From Shigella phage ESh27, in sequence record ON528737: a stretch of 64,000 bases of DNA; one strand, written 5' to 3'. Under the pieces are notes generated by a model, which saw nothing but the letters and a program-made list of their open reading frames with translations, did not search any database and had not been told where the DNA came from. This document shows, in pieces, positions 18,395-30,078 of the stretch (position 1 is its first letter; each line of letters opens with the position of its first letter). The position numbers and the translations under genes are program-made.

Positions 18395-20650
18395 ATGCAA
18401 GTAACTAAGAGCAGTGGGGTATCCCAAAATTTTGATGCACAGAAAATTATTCAAGTATTAACTTGGCAATGTGAAGGAACACAAATCGACCCATATGAAT
18501 TGTACGAAGAAATTAAGACCCATCTTGTTGACGGGATGAGCACCAAAGATATTCAGAAGATTTGTATTAAAGTTGCAGCCAACTCGATTTCTGTCGAAGA
18601 ACCTGATTATCAATATGTTGCCGCTAAAGGATTAATGTTTGCACTTCGTAAAGATGTGTACGGACAGTTTGAACCTCCTGCTTTTATCGACCATATCTCG
18701 TATTGTGTTAATGAAGGCAAATACGACCCTGAGTTGTTGTCTAGATATTCTGCAGAAGAAATCATTTATCTCGATTCTCAGATTAAACATGAACGAGATT
18801 TTGATCTGACTTATGCTGGTGCTATGCAGCTTAAAGAAAAATACCTGGTTAAAGATAAAACAACTGGGAAGATTTATGAAACTCCACAGTTTGCTATCAT
18901 GGCTATTGGTATGGCCTTACATCAAGACGAAACTCATGACCGTTTGAAACATATTATTCGTTTTTATGATGCTGTTTCTACTCATCAAGTTTCATTGCCT
19001 ACCCCAATTATGGCAGGTGCTCGTACTCCAACTCGCCAGTTCTCTAGTTGTGTAGTTATTGAAGCCGGTGATTCGTTAAAATCTATTAACAAAACTTCAG
19101 CATCAATTATTGAATATATTTCTAAACGAGCTGGTATTGGTATCAACGTTGGTATGCTTCGTGCAGAAGGTTCTAAGATCGGTACGGGTGAAGTTCGACA
19201 TACGGGTGTTATTCCGTTCTGGAAACATTTCCAAACTGCAGTAAAATCTTGTTCTCAAGGTGGTATTCGTGGTGGTGCTGCTACGGCGTATTATCCGATG
19301 TGGCACTTAGAAGTAGAGAACCTGTTGGTTCTGAAAAATAACAAAGGTGTGGATGAAAACCGTATTCGACATATGGACTACGGAATTCAGATTAATGACC
19401 TTATGATGGAACGCCTTGGTAAAAATGATTATATTACTTTATTTAGCCCTCACGAAATGTCAGGCGAACTATATTACTCATTCTTTGAAGATCAAGATAA
19501 ATTCCGTGAGCTTTATGAGAAAGCTGAAAAAGACCCAACAATCAGAAAGAAAAGAATCAAAGCACTAGAACTCTTTGAATTGTTCATGACTGAACGTTCT
19601 GGTACTGCTCGAATTTATCCACAGTTTGTTGATAACACGAATAACTACACTCCGTTTATTCGTGAAAAAGCTCCAATTCGTCAGAGTAACTTATGCTGTG
19701 AAATCGCTATTCCAACTAATGATGTGAATGGTCCTGATGCTGAAATTGGTTTATGTACGCTGTCTGCATTCGTGCTAGATAACTTTGATTGGCAAGACCA
19801 AGACAAAATTAATGAGCTCGCTGAAGTCCAGGTACGTGCATTGGATAATCTATTAGATTATCAAAGCTATCCTGTTCCTGAAGCTCTGAAGGCTAAGAAA
19901 CGTCGTAACTTGGGTGTCGGTGTGACGAACTATGCTGCATGGTTAGCTTCTAACTTTGCTTCATATGAAGACGCTAACGATTTGACTCATGAATTGTTTG
20001 AGAGATTGCAATATGGCCTTATCAAAGCTTCAATCAAACTCGCCAAAGAAAAAGGACCTTGTGAGTATTATTCAGACACTAAATGGTCTAGAGGCGAATT
20101 ACCTATCGACTGGTACAATAAAAAGATTGACCAAATCGCAGCCCCGAACTACGTCTGTGACTGGGAAGAACTTCGAGCTGAACTCAAAGAACATGGAATT
20201 CGTAACAGTACACTTAGTGCTCTCATGCCATGCGAATCAAGCAGTCAAGTCTCAAATAGCACAAACGGTATAGAACCACCTCGTGGACCTGTAAGTATTA
20301 AAGAATCTAAAGAAGGCAACTTCCGTCAGGTTGTTCCTAATATCGAACATAACATGAGTCTTTACGACTACGCGTGGAAACTTGCTAAGAAAGGTAATAA
20401 ACCTTATTTGACCCAAGTTGCTATCATGTTGAAATGGGTGTGCCAATCTGCTTCTGCTAATACTTACTATGACCCGGCAGTATTTGAGAAAGGTAAAGTG
20501 CCAATGTCAGTAATGCTTGACGATCTGCTTTACTTCTGGTACTTTGGCGGAAAAAATCTCTACTATCATAACACTCGTGATGGGTCAGGTACAGATGACT
20601 ATGAATTAGAAACACCTAAAGCCGAAGATTGCTCTGCTTGTAAGCTTTAA
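18395..20650 (+). CDS. nrdA: ribonucleotide reductase class Ia large subunit
   Basis: 751 aa; ATP-cone N-terminus, active-site region NLCCEIAIP, C-terminal redox Cys pair (CSACKL). Confidence 0.95.
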   Translation: MQVTKSSGVSQNFDAQKIIQVLTWQCEGTQIDPYELYEEIKTHLVDGMSTKDIQKICIKVAANSISVEEPDYQYVAAKGLMFALRKDVYGQFEPPAFIDHISYCVNEGKYDPELLSRYSAEEIIYLDSQIKHERDFDLTYAGAMQLKEKYLVKDKTTGKIYETPQFAIMAIGMALHQDETHDRLKHIIRFYDAVSTHQVSLPTPIMAGARTPTRQFSSCVVIEAGDSLKSINKTSASIIEYISKRAGIGINVGMLRAEGSKIGTGEVRHTGVIPFWKHFQTAVKSCSQGGIRGGAATAYYPMWHLEVENLLVLKNNKGVDENRIRHMDYGIQINDLMMERLGKNDYITLFSPHEMSGELYYSFFEDQDKFRELYEKAEKDPTIRKKRIKALELFELFMTERSGTARIYPQFVDNTNNYTPFIREKAPIRQSNLCCEIAIPTNDVNGPDAEIGLCTLSAFVLDNFDWQDQDKINELAEVQVRALDNLLDYQSYPVPEALKAKKRRNLGVGVTNYAAWLASNFASYEDANDLTHELFERLQYGLIKASIKLAKEKGPCEYYSDTKWSRGELPIDWYNKKIDQIAAPNYVCDWEELRAELKEHGIRNSTLSALMPCESSSQVSNSTNGIEPPRGPVSIKESKEGNFRQVVPNIEHNMSLYDYAWKLAKKGNKPYLTQVAIMLKWVCQSASANTYYDPAVFEKGKVPMSVMLDDLLYFWYFGGKNLYYHNTRDGSGTDDYELETPKAEDCSACKL

Positions 20651-20705
20651 GACTTTTGATTATAATTTACTCATGGATGAGTTAATAACTAAGTGAGAAA
20701 ATATA

Positions 20706-21881
20706 ATGAGTACAGTTTTTAACACGCAACAAGTCGATGTTTTGAATGAACCGATGTTCTTTGGTTCTGGTCTTGGCCTCGCACGGTATGATATTCAGCG
20801 TCATAAAGTTTTCGAAGAACTTATTGAAAAGCAATTGTCGTTTTTCTGGCGCCCAGAAGAGGTAAACTTGATGTTGGACTCTGCGCAGTTCAATAAGCTT
20901 CCTCAGTTCCAACAGGACATCTTTACAAACAATCTTAAGTATCAATCATTATTAGATTCTATACAAGGCAGGGCCCCATCTGCGGTACTTATGGCACTTA
21001 TTTCTGACCCTTCATTAGATACATGGGTTGCAACATGGACATTCAGTGAAACTATTCACTCTCGTTCATATACTCATATTATGCGAAATCTTTATACCGA
21101 TCCATCTAAGGTATTTGATGAAATTGTATTAGACGAAGCAATCATGAAACGAGCTGAATCAATAGGTAAATATTATGATGATGTTCTAGTCAAGACTCGC
21201 CATTGGGAAAATGCTAAGGAAAATTATGAGTATTCACTAGGCTCATGCCAGCAGAATGATATTGAGATGTACGAAGAAATAATGTTTAACGCCAAGCGTG
21301 AGCTAATGAAATCTCTTTATCTCTGTTTGCACGTTATCAACTCCTTAGAAGCTATTCGTTTTTACGTATCATTTGCATGTACTTTCAACTTCCATAAAAA
21401 TATGGAAATTATGGAAGGCAATGCAAAGATTATGAAGTTCATTGCTCGTGACGAACAACTCCACCTTAAGGGTACTCAGTACATTATCCGTCAACTTCAA
21501 TCTGGTACTGACGGCGATGAGTGGGTTCAAATTGCTAAAGAATGTGAACAAGAAGCAGTTGACATTTTTATGGAAGTAAATAGTCAAGAGAAGGAATGGG
21601 CTGCGCACCTCTTTAAAGACGGTACATGTCCAGGTATAAATACACAGAGTATGTGTGCTTTTGTTGATTACTTGACTGTGTCTCGTATGAAACAGTGTGG
21701 TTTGCCGTGTCCAATTACTGATGCTCCGACCAAACATCCGTATCCTTGGATTCGTGAATATCTGAACTCTGATTTAGTTCAAGCAGCTCCTCAGGAAGTT
21801 GAAATCAGTTCTTATCTTGTTGCACAAATTGATAATGATGTAGACCAAAATGTAATCAATTCATACAAAAAATATTTCTAA
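20706..21881 (+). CDS. nrdB: ribonucleotide reductase class Ia small subunit (uninterrupted)
   Basis: 391 aa continuous ORF with di-iron/tyrosyl radical family layout; follows nrdA. Confidence 0.95.
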   Translation: MSTVFNTQQVDVLNEPMFFGSGLGLARYDIQRHKVFEELIEKQLSFFWRPEEVNLMLDSAQFNKLPQFQQDIFTNNLKYQSLLDSIQGRAPSAVLMALISDPSLDTWVATWTFSETIHSRSYTHIMRNLYTDPSKVFDEIVLDEAIMKRAESIGKYYDDVLVKTRHWENAKENYEYSLGSCQQNDIEMYEEIMFNAKRELMKSLYLCLHVINSLEAIRFYVSFACTFNFHKNMEIMEGNAKIMKFIARDEQLHLKGTQYIIRQLQSGTDGDEWVQIAKECEQEAVDIFMEVNSQEKEWAAHLFKDGTCPGINTQSMCAFVDYLTVSRMKQCGLPCPITDAPTKHPYPWIREYLNSDLVQAAPQEVEISSYLVAQIDNDVDQNVINSYKKYF

Positions 21882-21885
21882 GGAC

Positions 21886-21907
21886 GGGACTTCGGTCCCA
21901 CTTTATT
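21886..21907 (+). terminator. stem-loop (weak terminator) after nrdB
   Basis: GGGAC-TTCG-GTCCC followed by ACTTTATT. Confidence 0.45.
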
Positions 21908-22318
21908 ATGAAAGATATTGCCGCCGAATATTCCTTTATTAAATATATAGAATTGGAGCTATTAGAAGATGCAACAATTAAAACCATTGATGCCCCTAAT
22001 AAGAAAAATGTCATATACGCTATTGCTATAGATGACGAACTTGTGTATATTGGTAAAACCAAGAATTTAAAGAAACGCATTAACTATTATCGAACAGCCA
22101 TAAATCGAAAAGACCAGACTTCAGATTCAAGAAAATCACTTATGATTTTGGATGCCTTAATGCAAGGCAAAAAGGTTGAATTCTGGGCCCGCCAATGTTT
22201 TGACCTTTCAGTCACTAACGAACTCGGTTCAATGACCATTGCAACAATGGACCTTGAAGAACCGCTTTTTATCAAAAAGTTCAACCCGCCTTGGAATATC
22301 CAACATAAGAAAAAGTAG
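21908..22318 (+). CDS. denA: endonuclease II
   Basis: 136 aa (T4 EndoII 136 aa); GIY-YIG-like core VIYAIAIDDELVYIGKTKNLKKRINYY; follows nrdB. Confidence 0.88.
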   Translation: MKDIAAEYSFIKYIELELLEDATIKTIDAPNKKNVIYAIAIDDELVYIGKTKNLKKRINYYRTAINRKDQTSDSRKSLMILDALMQGKKVEFWARQCFDLSVTNELGSMTIATMDLEEPLFIKKFNPPWNIQHKKK

Positions 22319-22347
22319 TTTACATACCACAAGGATTGTGGTACAAT
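22318..22347 (+). promoter_or_regulatory. early sigma70-type promoter (rnlA)
   Basis: -35 GTTTAC, 18-nt spacer, -10 TACAAT. Confidence 0.5.
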
Positions 22348-22363
22348 TTAAAAAACTAACTGA

Positions 22364-23497
<1,134 letters not shown>

Positions 23498-23499
23498 TG

Positions 23500-23529
23500 G
23501 TTTACAAACACCAAGGAAGGTGTTACTAT
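23500..23529 (+). promoter_or_regulatory. early sigma70-type promoter
   Basis: -35 GTTTAC, 18-nt spacer, -10 TACTAT. Confidence 0.45.
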
Positions 23530-23559
23530 GGCTTTTATCAACAACACGAGGAGAAAATT

Positions 23560-24060
23560 ATGAATATGCAATTGATTACTAACGATATGGTCGTAACCGC
23601 TTTTGGAGACACAACTGACGGAATCCGAGTCTTTAAGAAAGGACGTCCAGTTGGTTATCTTACTGACCTCCGTGTTACACTGGCCAAAAATCTTAAAAAG
23701 AAAGTAAAACAAAAAGAGTATTCCACCCGATACGCCGAAGAGAAACGCGAAGCGATGCCGGAAGCAGTTAATGCCATGGTAGAATTTCTTCAAAACAATT
23801 TGACTAAATATGACGCTAATGTGTTCATTAATATTAGTCAACCAAACGTACATATCGCAGGTATAAAATTCTACATTATTTGCGACCCTCTTACCGACAA
23901 ATTCAACCGCCTCGGAATTTCAAGCCCGTATCATACAGCAGAAGAGTTGTGTGTATTGTTTGAATCGTACAAAATCCAGTGTGATGGTTTGAAAACCGTT
24001 CTTATCAATGGATTATCCCGAGATGAAATCATTGAGATTATTAAAACATGCTTAAAGTAA
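23560..24060 (+). CDS. alc: putative Alc (transcription termination on dC-DNA), by synteny
   Basis: 166 aa from internal ATG 23560 (T4 Alc 167 aa); position between rnlA and pseT.3; sequence identity not verifiable from memory. Confidence 0.4.
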   Translation: MNMQLITNDMVVTAFGDTTDGIRVFKKGRPVGYLTDLRVTLAKNLKKKVKQKEYSTRYAEEKREAMPEAVNAMVEFLQNNLTKYDANVFINISQPNVHIAGIKFYIICDPLTDKFNRLGISSPYHTAEELCVLFESYKIQCDGLKTVLINGLSRDEIIEIIKTCLK

Positions 24061-24404
24061 ATCCGATTTATGCTATAGTAGCAGCTTTTGCTCTAGCTTC
24101 TACGGTAACAATAGTTGTCTTAAACAACAAAGTTGATTCGTTGAATACTGAATTAGCTTCTGTCAAAGAGACCGCTAAAAACAATGCTAAAGTATTAGAC
24201 GACTTCAAAGTTCAATATCAGTCAATCGAAGAAATGACTTATAAGAACCGTGTTTTAGTTGACCAACTTAAGGCTGAAAATGAAAAGCTCCGTAAGGATT
24301 CGAAGAAGAAGAACGTGGTGGCAAGTAAACCAGGATTGGTTGAAAAACAAATCAACAGGTCCTTCGATTCCTTTGCAGAAGACCTCAGGAAGCTCTCAGA
24401 ATGA
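24048..24404 (+). CDS. i-spanin (Rz-like, pseT.3 equivalent)
   Basis: 118 aa; N-terminal TMD PIYAIVAAFALASTVTIVVL followed by coiled-coil-like charged region; overlaps downstream lipoprotein gene. Confidence 0.6.
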   Translation: MLKVNPIYAIVAAFALASTVTIVVLNNKVDSLNTELASVKETAKNNAKVLDDFKVQYQSIEEMTYKNRVLVDQLKAENEKLRKDSKKKNVVASKPGLVEKQINRSFDSFAEDLRKLSE

Positions 24405-24691
24405 TTAAATTAACCGCAGTTGTATTATCTATTGGCATTTTGGCTGGATGTGCCCAAGATGTGCCCTTAAGCCCTAAAGAAACTTTACATCCGCAATGGC
24501 CTGAATCTATTGTTGAATATAACCAGAAATGGCAGGTAAAGGTTATTGATGGTAATCCATGGGTTGGAATGCCATTTGAAGACTCTCAAGAATTTCGTAT
24601 CTGGTTAAACGACGTAAAAAGATATGTACATGACCAGAAGACTATGTTATGTTATTATCGTAGTGGTTTAAAAGAGGAAAAATGCCAATGA
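24401..24691 (+). CDS. o-spanin lipoprotein (Rz1-like, pseT.2 equivalent)
   Basis: 96 aa; signal peptide with lipobox ILAGC; immediately after the i-spanin gene. Confidence 0.65.
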   Translation: MIKLTAVVLSIGILAGCAQDVPLSPKETLHPQWPESIVEYNQKWQVKVIDGNPWVGMPFEDSQEFRIWLNDVKRYVHDQKTMLCYYRSGLKEEKCQ

Positions 24692-24906
24692 CTAAAGAAC
24701 AGCATGAATACATTAAAGGGCTTATCTATGAATCTGAAATGGCGGCTATGATTTATGGCCGTCTGATTCAACGATTAGAATCTTTGCCTCCGACTAATGA
24801 CCGCTTGTTAGTTCAGTCTCGTGCTAATCTGAAAAATGAATATCAGAACAAGTGGGCAGTAGCGACTAAAGCTCTTCATGAGTATATCGAATCTTTAGTA
24901 AAATAG
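24682..24906 (+). CDS. hypothetical protein (74 aa)
   Basis: ORF track; in pseT-upstream small-gene run. Confidence 0.45.
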   Translation: MPMTKEQHEYIKGLIYESEMAAMIYGRLIQRLESLPPTNDRLLVQSRANLKNEYQNKWAVATKALHEYIESLVK

Positions 24907-24935
24907 TTTACAAACTCTCGGGAGCAGAGTATAAT
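24906..24935 (+). promoter_or_regulatory. early sigma70-type promoter
   Basis: -35 GTTTAC, 18-nt spacer, -10 TATAAT; GAGGAAA SD downstream. Confidence 0.55.
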
Positions 24936-24963
24936 GCTCCTATGGATAATTGAGGAAATCTAA

Positions 24964-25262
24964 ATGAAAACATTACTAGAGAATTATATCAAACGGTCAG
25001 ATGAGTATATTGATATCTGCCGTGGAATGTCACTTGTCAATTATGATAAAGATGCAGCAAAGGCCATAGATGAAGCAGGTAAAGCTCTTCGTAAAGCTGC
25101 TAAAGAAAAAGGGTTGGATTTGCAACAACTCAAAAGTCATATGATTAAATTTATTTCTTCAAACGTTAGAAGTACGTCAATTAATAAAAACGTTGCTGAA
25201 ATTAATAAAGACCGGCGCGAACATAACATTCGTATTCTTGAAGCTTTCTTAGGAATAAAATA

Positions 25263-25263
<1 letters not shown>
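24964..25263 (+). CDS. hypothetical protein (99 aa)
   Basis: ORF track; early promoter at 24906-24935 and GAGGAAA SD. Confidence 0.5.
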
Positions 25264-26349
<1,086 letters not shown>

Positions 26350-26350
<1 letters not shown>

Positions 26351-26541
26351 TGAAACGATTATATGAAGTGATTGAGGCCATCGAACAGCATAAAGAATAT
26401 TTGTTTGTAGCCTGGCCTTTAGTAAATGGACAGTTCGGTATTGATGTGCTGGACTATGAGCATGAAGAACGTTTGGACGGTGGTATATTTGATAACGTCG
26501 ACCAGGCAATTGAATGGTTAAATGAAAATTATGTACGATAA
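26350..26541 (+). CDS. hypothetical protein (63 aa)
   Basis: ORF track; cd.x-like slot. Confidence 0.4.
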
Positions 26542-26746
26542 ACATCATGAAATCGAAGATGAAGCATACAAAATGCTTCGTAAACTAGTAGGACTTAATA
26601 TGAGTTCTACATTAATCAACAAGCTTACCGAAATTCGTAACGACCTGAATACTCGTTACAAAGGCGAATATCATGTAGAGTTTGTTCCTGTAGGCGAACC
26701 GACCGAGCAATTTGTTGTTCGAGTTAAAGTAAATACTGTACACTGA
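26522..26746 (+). CDS. hypothetical protein (74 aa)
   Basis: ORF track; cd.x-like slot. Confidence 0.4.
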   Translation: MKIMYDKHHEIEDEAYKMLRKLVGLNMSSTLINKLTEIRNDLNTRYKGEYHVEFVPVGEPTEQFVVRVKVNTVH

Positions 26747-26753
26747 GGTAATT

Positions 26754-27029
26754 ATGTTCCCTAAATATTCTGAAATTGTAAAGGTCGTTTTTAGTCAGAT
26801 TATCGCAAATCATTTCTTTGATAAGCTGGATACTGCTACCGAGCTTAAGGTCCACTCTGAACTACTCTACGTTTTGAATACACTAGTGCCTGACCAAGTG
26901 GATTCTGTGTCTGTTACGTTGTTGCCCAGCTCGGCTCATGTGATTGTTGTGTTTGGTCTTGATGCTGAACTAGTAATTCAGTGTGAAGTTGATTTCGATT
27001 CACAAGAAATTAAATGTTTTGCAATTTAA
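26754..27029 (+). CDS. hypothetical protein (91 aa)
   Basis: ORF track; cd.x-like slot. Confidence 0.4.
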   Translation: MFPKYSEIVKVVFSQIIANHFFDKLDTATELKVHSELLYVLNTLVPDQVDSVSVTLLPSSAHVIVVFGLDAELVIQCEVDFDSQEIKCFAI

Positions 27030-27059
27030 GTTTACAACACCGTAGAGTTGTGATATGAT
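27030..27059 (+). promoter_or_regulatory. early sigma70-type promoter
   Basis: -35 GTTTAC, 18-nt spacer, -10 TATGAT; GAGGAAA SD downstream. Confidence 0.5.
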
Positions 27060-27086
27060 GACTCTACCAACAATGAGGAAATTGAA

Positions 27087-27323
27087 ATGCTAAGTGAAAA
27101 TCCAATTACAGTACACGAATTTCAGATTAAAGTAAAAGAATTTGCTCAAGCACTCATCAATAAAGTGTCTGAACGTTTCCAGGATGCAACATTACGAGTT
27201 ATTCAAGAATCTCCACGTTCTTTTCTCATAATCGTTAATCCTAAAGATGGTGACCAAATTACTAATCTTAAATTAGGCAGTGATGGTCTTGTTGAAGCAA
27301 CTCGAGTATATGGAACACTATAA
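27087..27323 (+). CDS. hypothetical protein (78 aa)
   Basis: ORF track; early promoter 27030-27059 and GAGGAAA SD upstream. Confidence 0.45.
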   Translation: MLSENPITVHEFQIKVKEFAQALINKVSERFQDATLRVIQESPRSFLIIVNPKDGDQITNLKLGSDGLVEATRVYGTL

Positions 27324-27443
27324 TGAGAGCTATCTCATTACTATCGAGAATGGTCATAAATCTGAGCACTACCAACTTAACCTGTCTAATCCGGTTAAAG
27401 GTATTGTTGAATCAGAATCTGTTTATATCTCCTAAGGATTGTT

Positions 27444-28436
27444 ATGTTACCTGTCGTCGGAAAACTTATTTCTCCAAAAGAACTGGCTGAGATTATTCCT
27501 TTGTCGGAAGCTTACGCATCACAAGTGGCTTCTCATCGCGAACAAGTTAATTCGATTATGAATGGTGAAGACCCACGCAAACTTATTGTTGTAGGTCCTT
27601 GTTCAATTCATGACCCTATTGCTGCTGTTGAATACGGCAAACGTCTGGCTGAACTTCAAACTCGTCTTCCTAATGTTCTGTTAGTGATGCGCGTTTATTT
27701 TGAAAAGCCTCGAACTACCGTAGGTTGGAAAGGTCTTGTAAATGATCCATATCTTGACGGAAGTTTTGATATGAACCACGGTCTTATAGTTGCACGAACA
27801 TTGTGTCGTAAACTTCTACGTATGGGACTTCCATTAGCAACTGAAGTATTAGACCCATTCACGATTAAGTATCTTTCTGGTATTTTCTCATGGGTTGCTA
27901 TTGGCGCCCGTACGACTGAAAGTCAGACACATCGTGAAATTGCTTCAGGTCTACCGATGTGCGTAGGCTTTAAGAACGCAACCAATGGTTCTATTAAAGT
28001 AGCTACAGACGCGATGTATAGTGCCGCCTGGCCTCATCGGTATATGGGTATGGACGTCGATGGTACTGTAGGCATTGTTGAAGCTGAAGGTAATCAGAAT
28101 ACGCATATCGTATTGCGTGGCGGGACCAACGGCCCGAACTATCATTCTTCTGATATTCAAGAAGCTTCTAACAAAGCAAGGGCAGTAGGTCTGAATCATT
28201 ATGTAATGGTTGACTGTAGCCATGCAAACGCTGATGGGCATTATAGCAATCAAATTGGTATTGGTAAAAATTTAGCAGCTAATGATTTGGTCAAAGGAAT
28301 TATGATAGAATCGTTCCTACATGAAGGAAATCAAAAAATTTCTGATAATATGTCCTATGGCGTTTCCGTTACCGATGCGTGCATCAGTTGGGAACAAACT
28401 AAAGAGCTGTTAACTTATATTAATAAGGTTCAATAA
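27444..28436 (+). CDS. 3-deoxy-D-arabino-heptulosonate-7-phosphate (DAHP) synthase, type I-alpha (AroG/F/H-like)
   Basis: 330 aa; GPCSIHDP, YFEKPRTTVGWKGL, GARTTESQ, DCSHAN, ESFLHEGNQ, TDACI motifs colinear with E. coli AroG; AAGGA SD 5 nt upstream. Confidence 0.9.
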   Translation: MLPVVGKLISPKELAEIIPLSEAYASQVASHREQVNSIMNGEDPRKLIVVGPCSIHDPIAAVEYGKRLAELQTRLPNVLLVMRVYFEKPRTTVGWKGLVNDPYLDGSFDMNHGLIVARTLCRKLLRMGLPLATEVLDPFTIKYLSGIFSWVAIGARTTESQTHREIASGLPMCVGFKNATNGSIKVATDAMYSAAWPHRYMGMDVDGTVGIVEAEGNQNTHIVLRGGTNGPNYHSSDIQEASNKARAVGLNHYVMVDCSHANADGHYSNQIGIGKNLAANDLVKGIMIESFLHEGNQKISDNMSYGVSVTDACISWEQTKELLTYINKVQ

Positions 28437-29017
28437 TGAAAGCTAGCACATACCTTCAGATTGCATATCTGATTTCTCAAGAATCAAAATGTTGTTCATG
28501 GAAAGTAGGTGCCGTCATTGAAAAAGATGGACGTATCATTTCTACTGGGTATAACGGTAGCCCGGCAGGTGGTATAAACTGTTGTGACCATGCTACTGAA
28601 CAAGGTTGGTTGAAGAATAAACCAAGCCCGGTCATCGTTGCTGGGCATAAAGAAGGCACTACAGCATTTGGACGGGCCGATAATTTTGTTTTGGCTAAAG
28701 AACATCGGGCTGCTCATAGTGCATGGTCTGCTAATAACGAAATCCATGCGGAACTGAACGCAATTTTGTTTGCAGCTCGTAAAGGTAATTCTATTGAAGG
28801 TGCTACGTTATATACGACGCTTTCTCCGTGTCCTGATTGCACTAAAGCTATTACGCAGTCAGGTATTAAAAAGGTTGTATATGCAGAATTATATGACCGA
28901 TCTCCTGAAAATTGGGCAGACATTCTAAAACAAGCTGGTATTGAAGTAATTCAGTACTCTCGTAATAATCTTCGTTCTCTGAATTGGGAACAAATCCGAA
29001 ACTTTTGTGGTGAATAA
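28436..29017 (+). CDS. cd: dCMP deaminase
   Basis: 193 aa (T4 Cd 193 aa); zinc motifs HAE and PCxxC (SPCPDCTKAI); follows accessory block. Confidence 0.92.
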   Translation: MKASTYLQIAYLISQESKCCSWKVGAVIEKDGRIISTGYNGSPAGGINCCDHATEQGWLKNKPSPVIVAGHKEGTTAFGRADNFVLAKEHRAAHSAWSANNEIHAELNAILFAARKGNSIEGATLYTTLSPCPDCTKAITQSGIKKVVYAELYDRSPENWADILKQAGIEVIQYSRNNLRSLNWEQIRNFCGE

Positions 29018-29018
29018 T

Positions 29019-29315
29019 ATGATTTTAACTGAACAAGAAACTGTGGTTCTTCGTGAACGTATTAAAACTATTCTGTCTGTAGGCGTTCATTGTGTTGTAT
29101 TTGAAAAGGCTAACGGTGATGTTCGTACGATGTTTGCTTCGCGCGACGAACTTGAAGTCAAATACGAAAATAACAATCCGGCAACAGAAGTTCGTTATGA
29201 ACCTCGTGAATCAGTTCGAGCATTCGATACCAAGTTAGGTCAGTGGCGTTCTTTCCGCCTTGATAAAGTAATTTCGGTTGATGGTACTCCGGTGGAACGT
29301 TTGCTTCTTATGTAA
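29019..29315 (+). CDS. hypothetical protein (98 aa)
   Basis: ATG 29019 just after cd stop; track shows a GTG-extended start at 29007. Confidence 0.45.
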   Translation: MILTEQETVVLRERIKTILSVGVHCVVFEKANGDVRTMFASRDELEVKYENNNPATEVRYEPRESVRAFDTKLGQWRSFRLDKVISVDGTPVERLLLM

Positions 29316-29372
29316 TATGCTTTACGAATAGTATGGTATTATTAATCTATCGTCAAACAACAAGGAAATAAG

Positions 29373-29705
29373 ATGTCTGAAGTACAACTCCCAATTCGTG
29401 CTGTTGGTGAATATGTCATTCTGGTTTCTGAACCCGCTCAAGCAGGTGATGAAGAAGTTACCGAATCAGGACTTGTGATTGGTAAACGTGTTCAAGGTGA
29501 AGTTCCTGAACTATGTGTAGTTCATTCTGTAGGTCCTGATGTTCCTGAAGGTTTTGTTGAAGTCGGTGATTTGACTCCACTACCAGTTGGACAAATTCGA
29601 AATGTTCCACATCCATTTGTGGCTTTAGGTCTTAAACAACCTAAAGAAATTAAACAGAAATTCGTAACATGCCACTATAAAGCTATTCCGTGTCTTTATA
29701 AGTGA
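29373..29705 (+). CDS. 31: gp31 co-chaperonin (GroES analogue for capsid folding)
   Basis: 110 aa; [34 protein letters not shown]...[11 protein letters not shown] essentially as recalled for T4 gp31. Confidence 0.94.
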   Translation: MSEVQLPIRAVGEYVILVSEPAQAGDEEVTESGLVIGKRVQGEVPELCVVHSVGPDVPEGFVEVGDLTPLPVGQIRNVPHPFVALGLKQPKEIKQKFVTCHYKAIPCLYK

Positions 29706-29713
29706 TATAAATA
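29706..29713 (+). promoter_or_regulatory. possible late promoter TATAAATA upstream of rIII
   Basis: Exact TATAAATA directly after gene 31 stop, ~118 nt before rIII ATG. Confidence 0.3.
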
Positions 29714-29829
29714 ACTATATGAAGAGAACACTCTTCTAAGCGGTAGCCTACAACTGAGAGACTTGTCGAAAGAAGGTGAAATTCAGACGAACGTGGCTAC
29801 TAAATATTATCTCGAATTGAGAATTTAAA

Positions 29830-30078
29830 ATGATTAAACAATTACAACACGCTCTTGAACTGCAACGCAACGCATGGAATAATGGCCACGAAAACTACGG
29901 CGCGTCAATTGATGTTGAAGCCGAAGCACTGGAAATCCTGCGATATTTCAAACATCTGAATCCAGCACAGGCCGATCTTCGTGATATCCTGGCTCAGAAA
30001 GATGAATTGAAATATGCTAAGCCTCTGGCTTCAGCAGCTCGTAAAGCAGTTCGTCATTTTGTTATTACCCTGAAGTAA
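29830..30078 (+). CDS. rIII: rIII lysis-inhibition accessory protein
   Basis: 82 aa (T4 RIII 82 aa); position after gene 31. Confidence 0.85.
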   Translation: MIKQLQHALELQRNAWNNGHENYGASIDVEAEALEILRYFKHLNPAQADLRDILAQKDELKYAKPLASAARKAVRHFVITLK

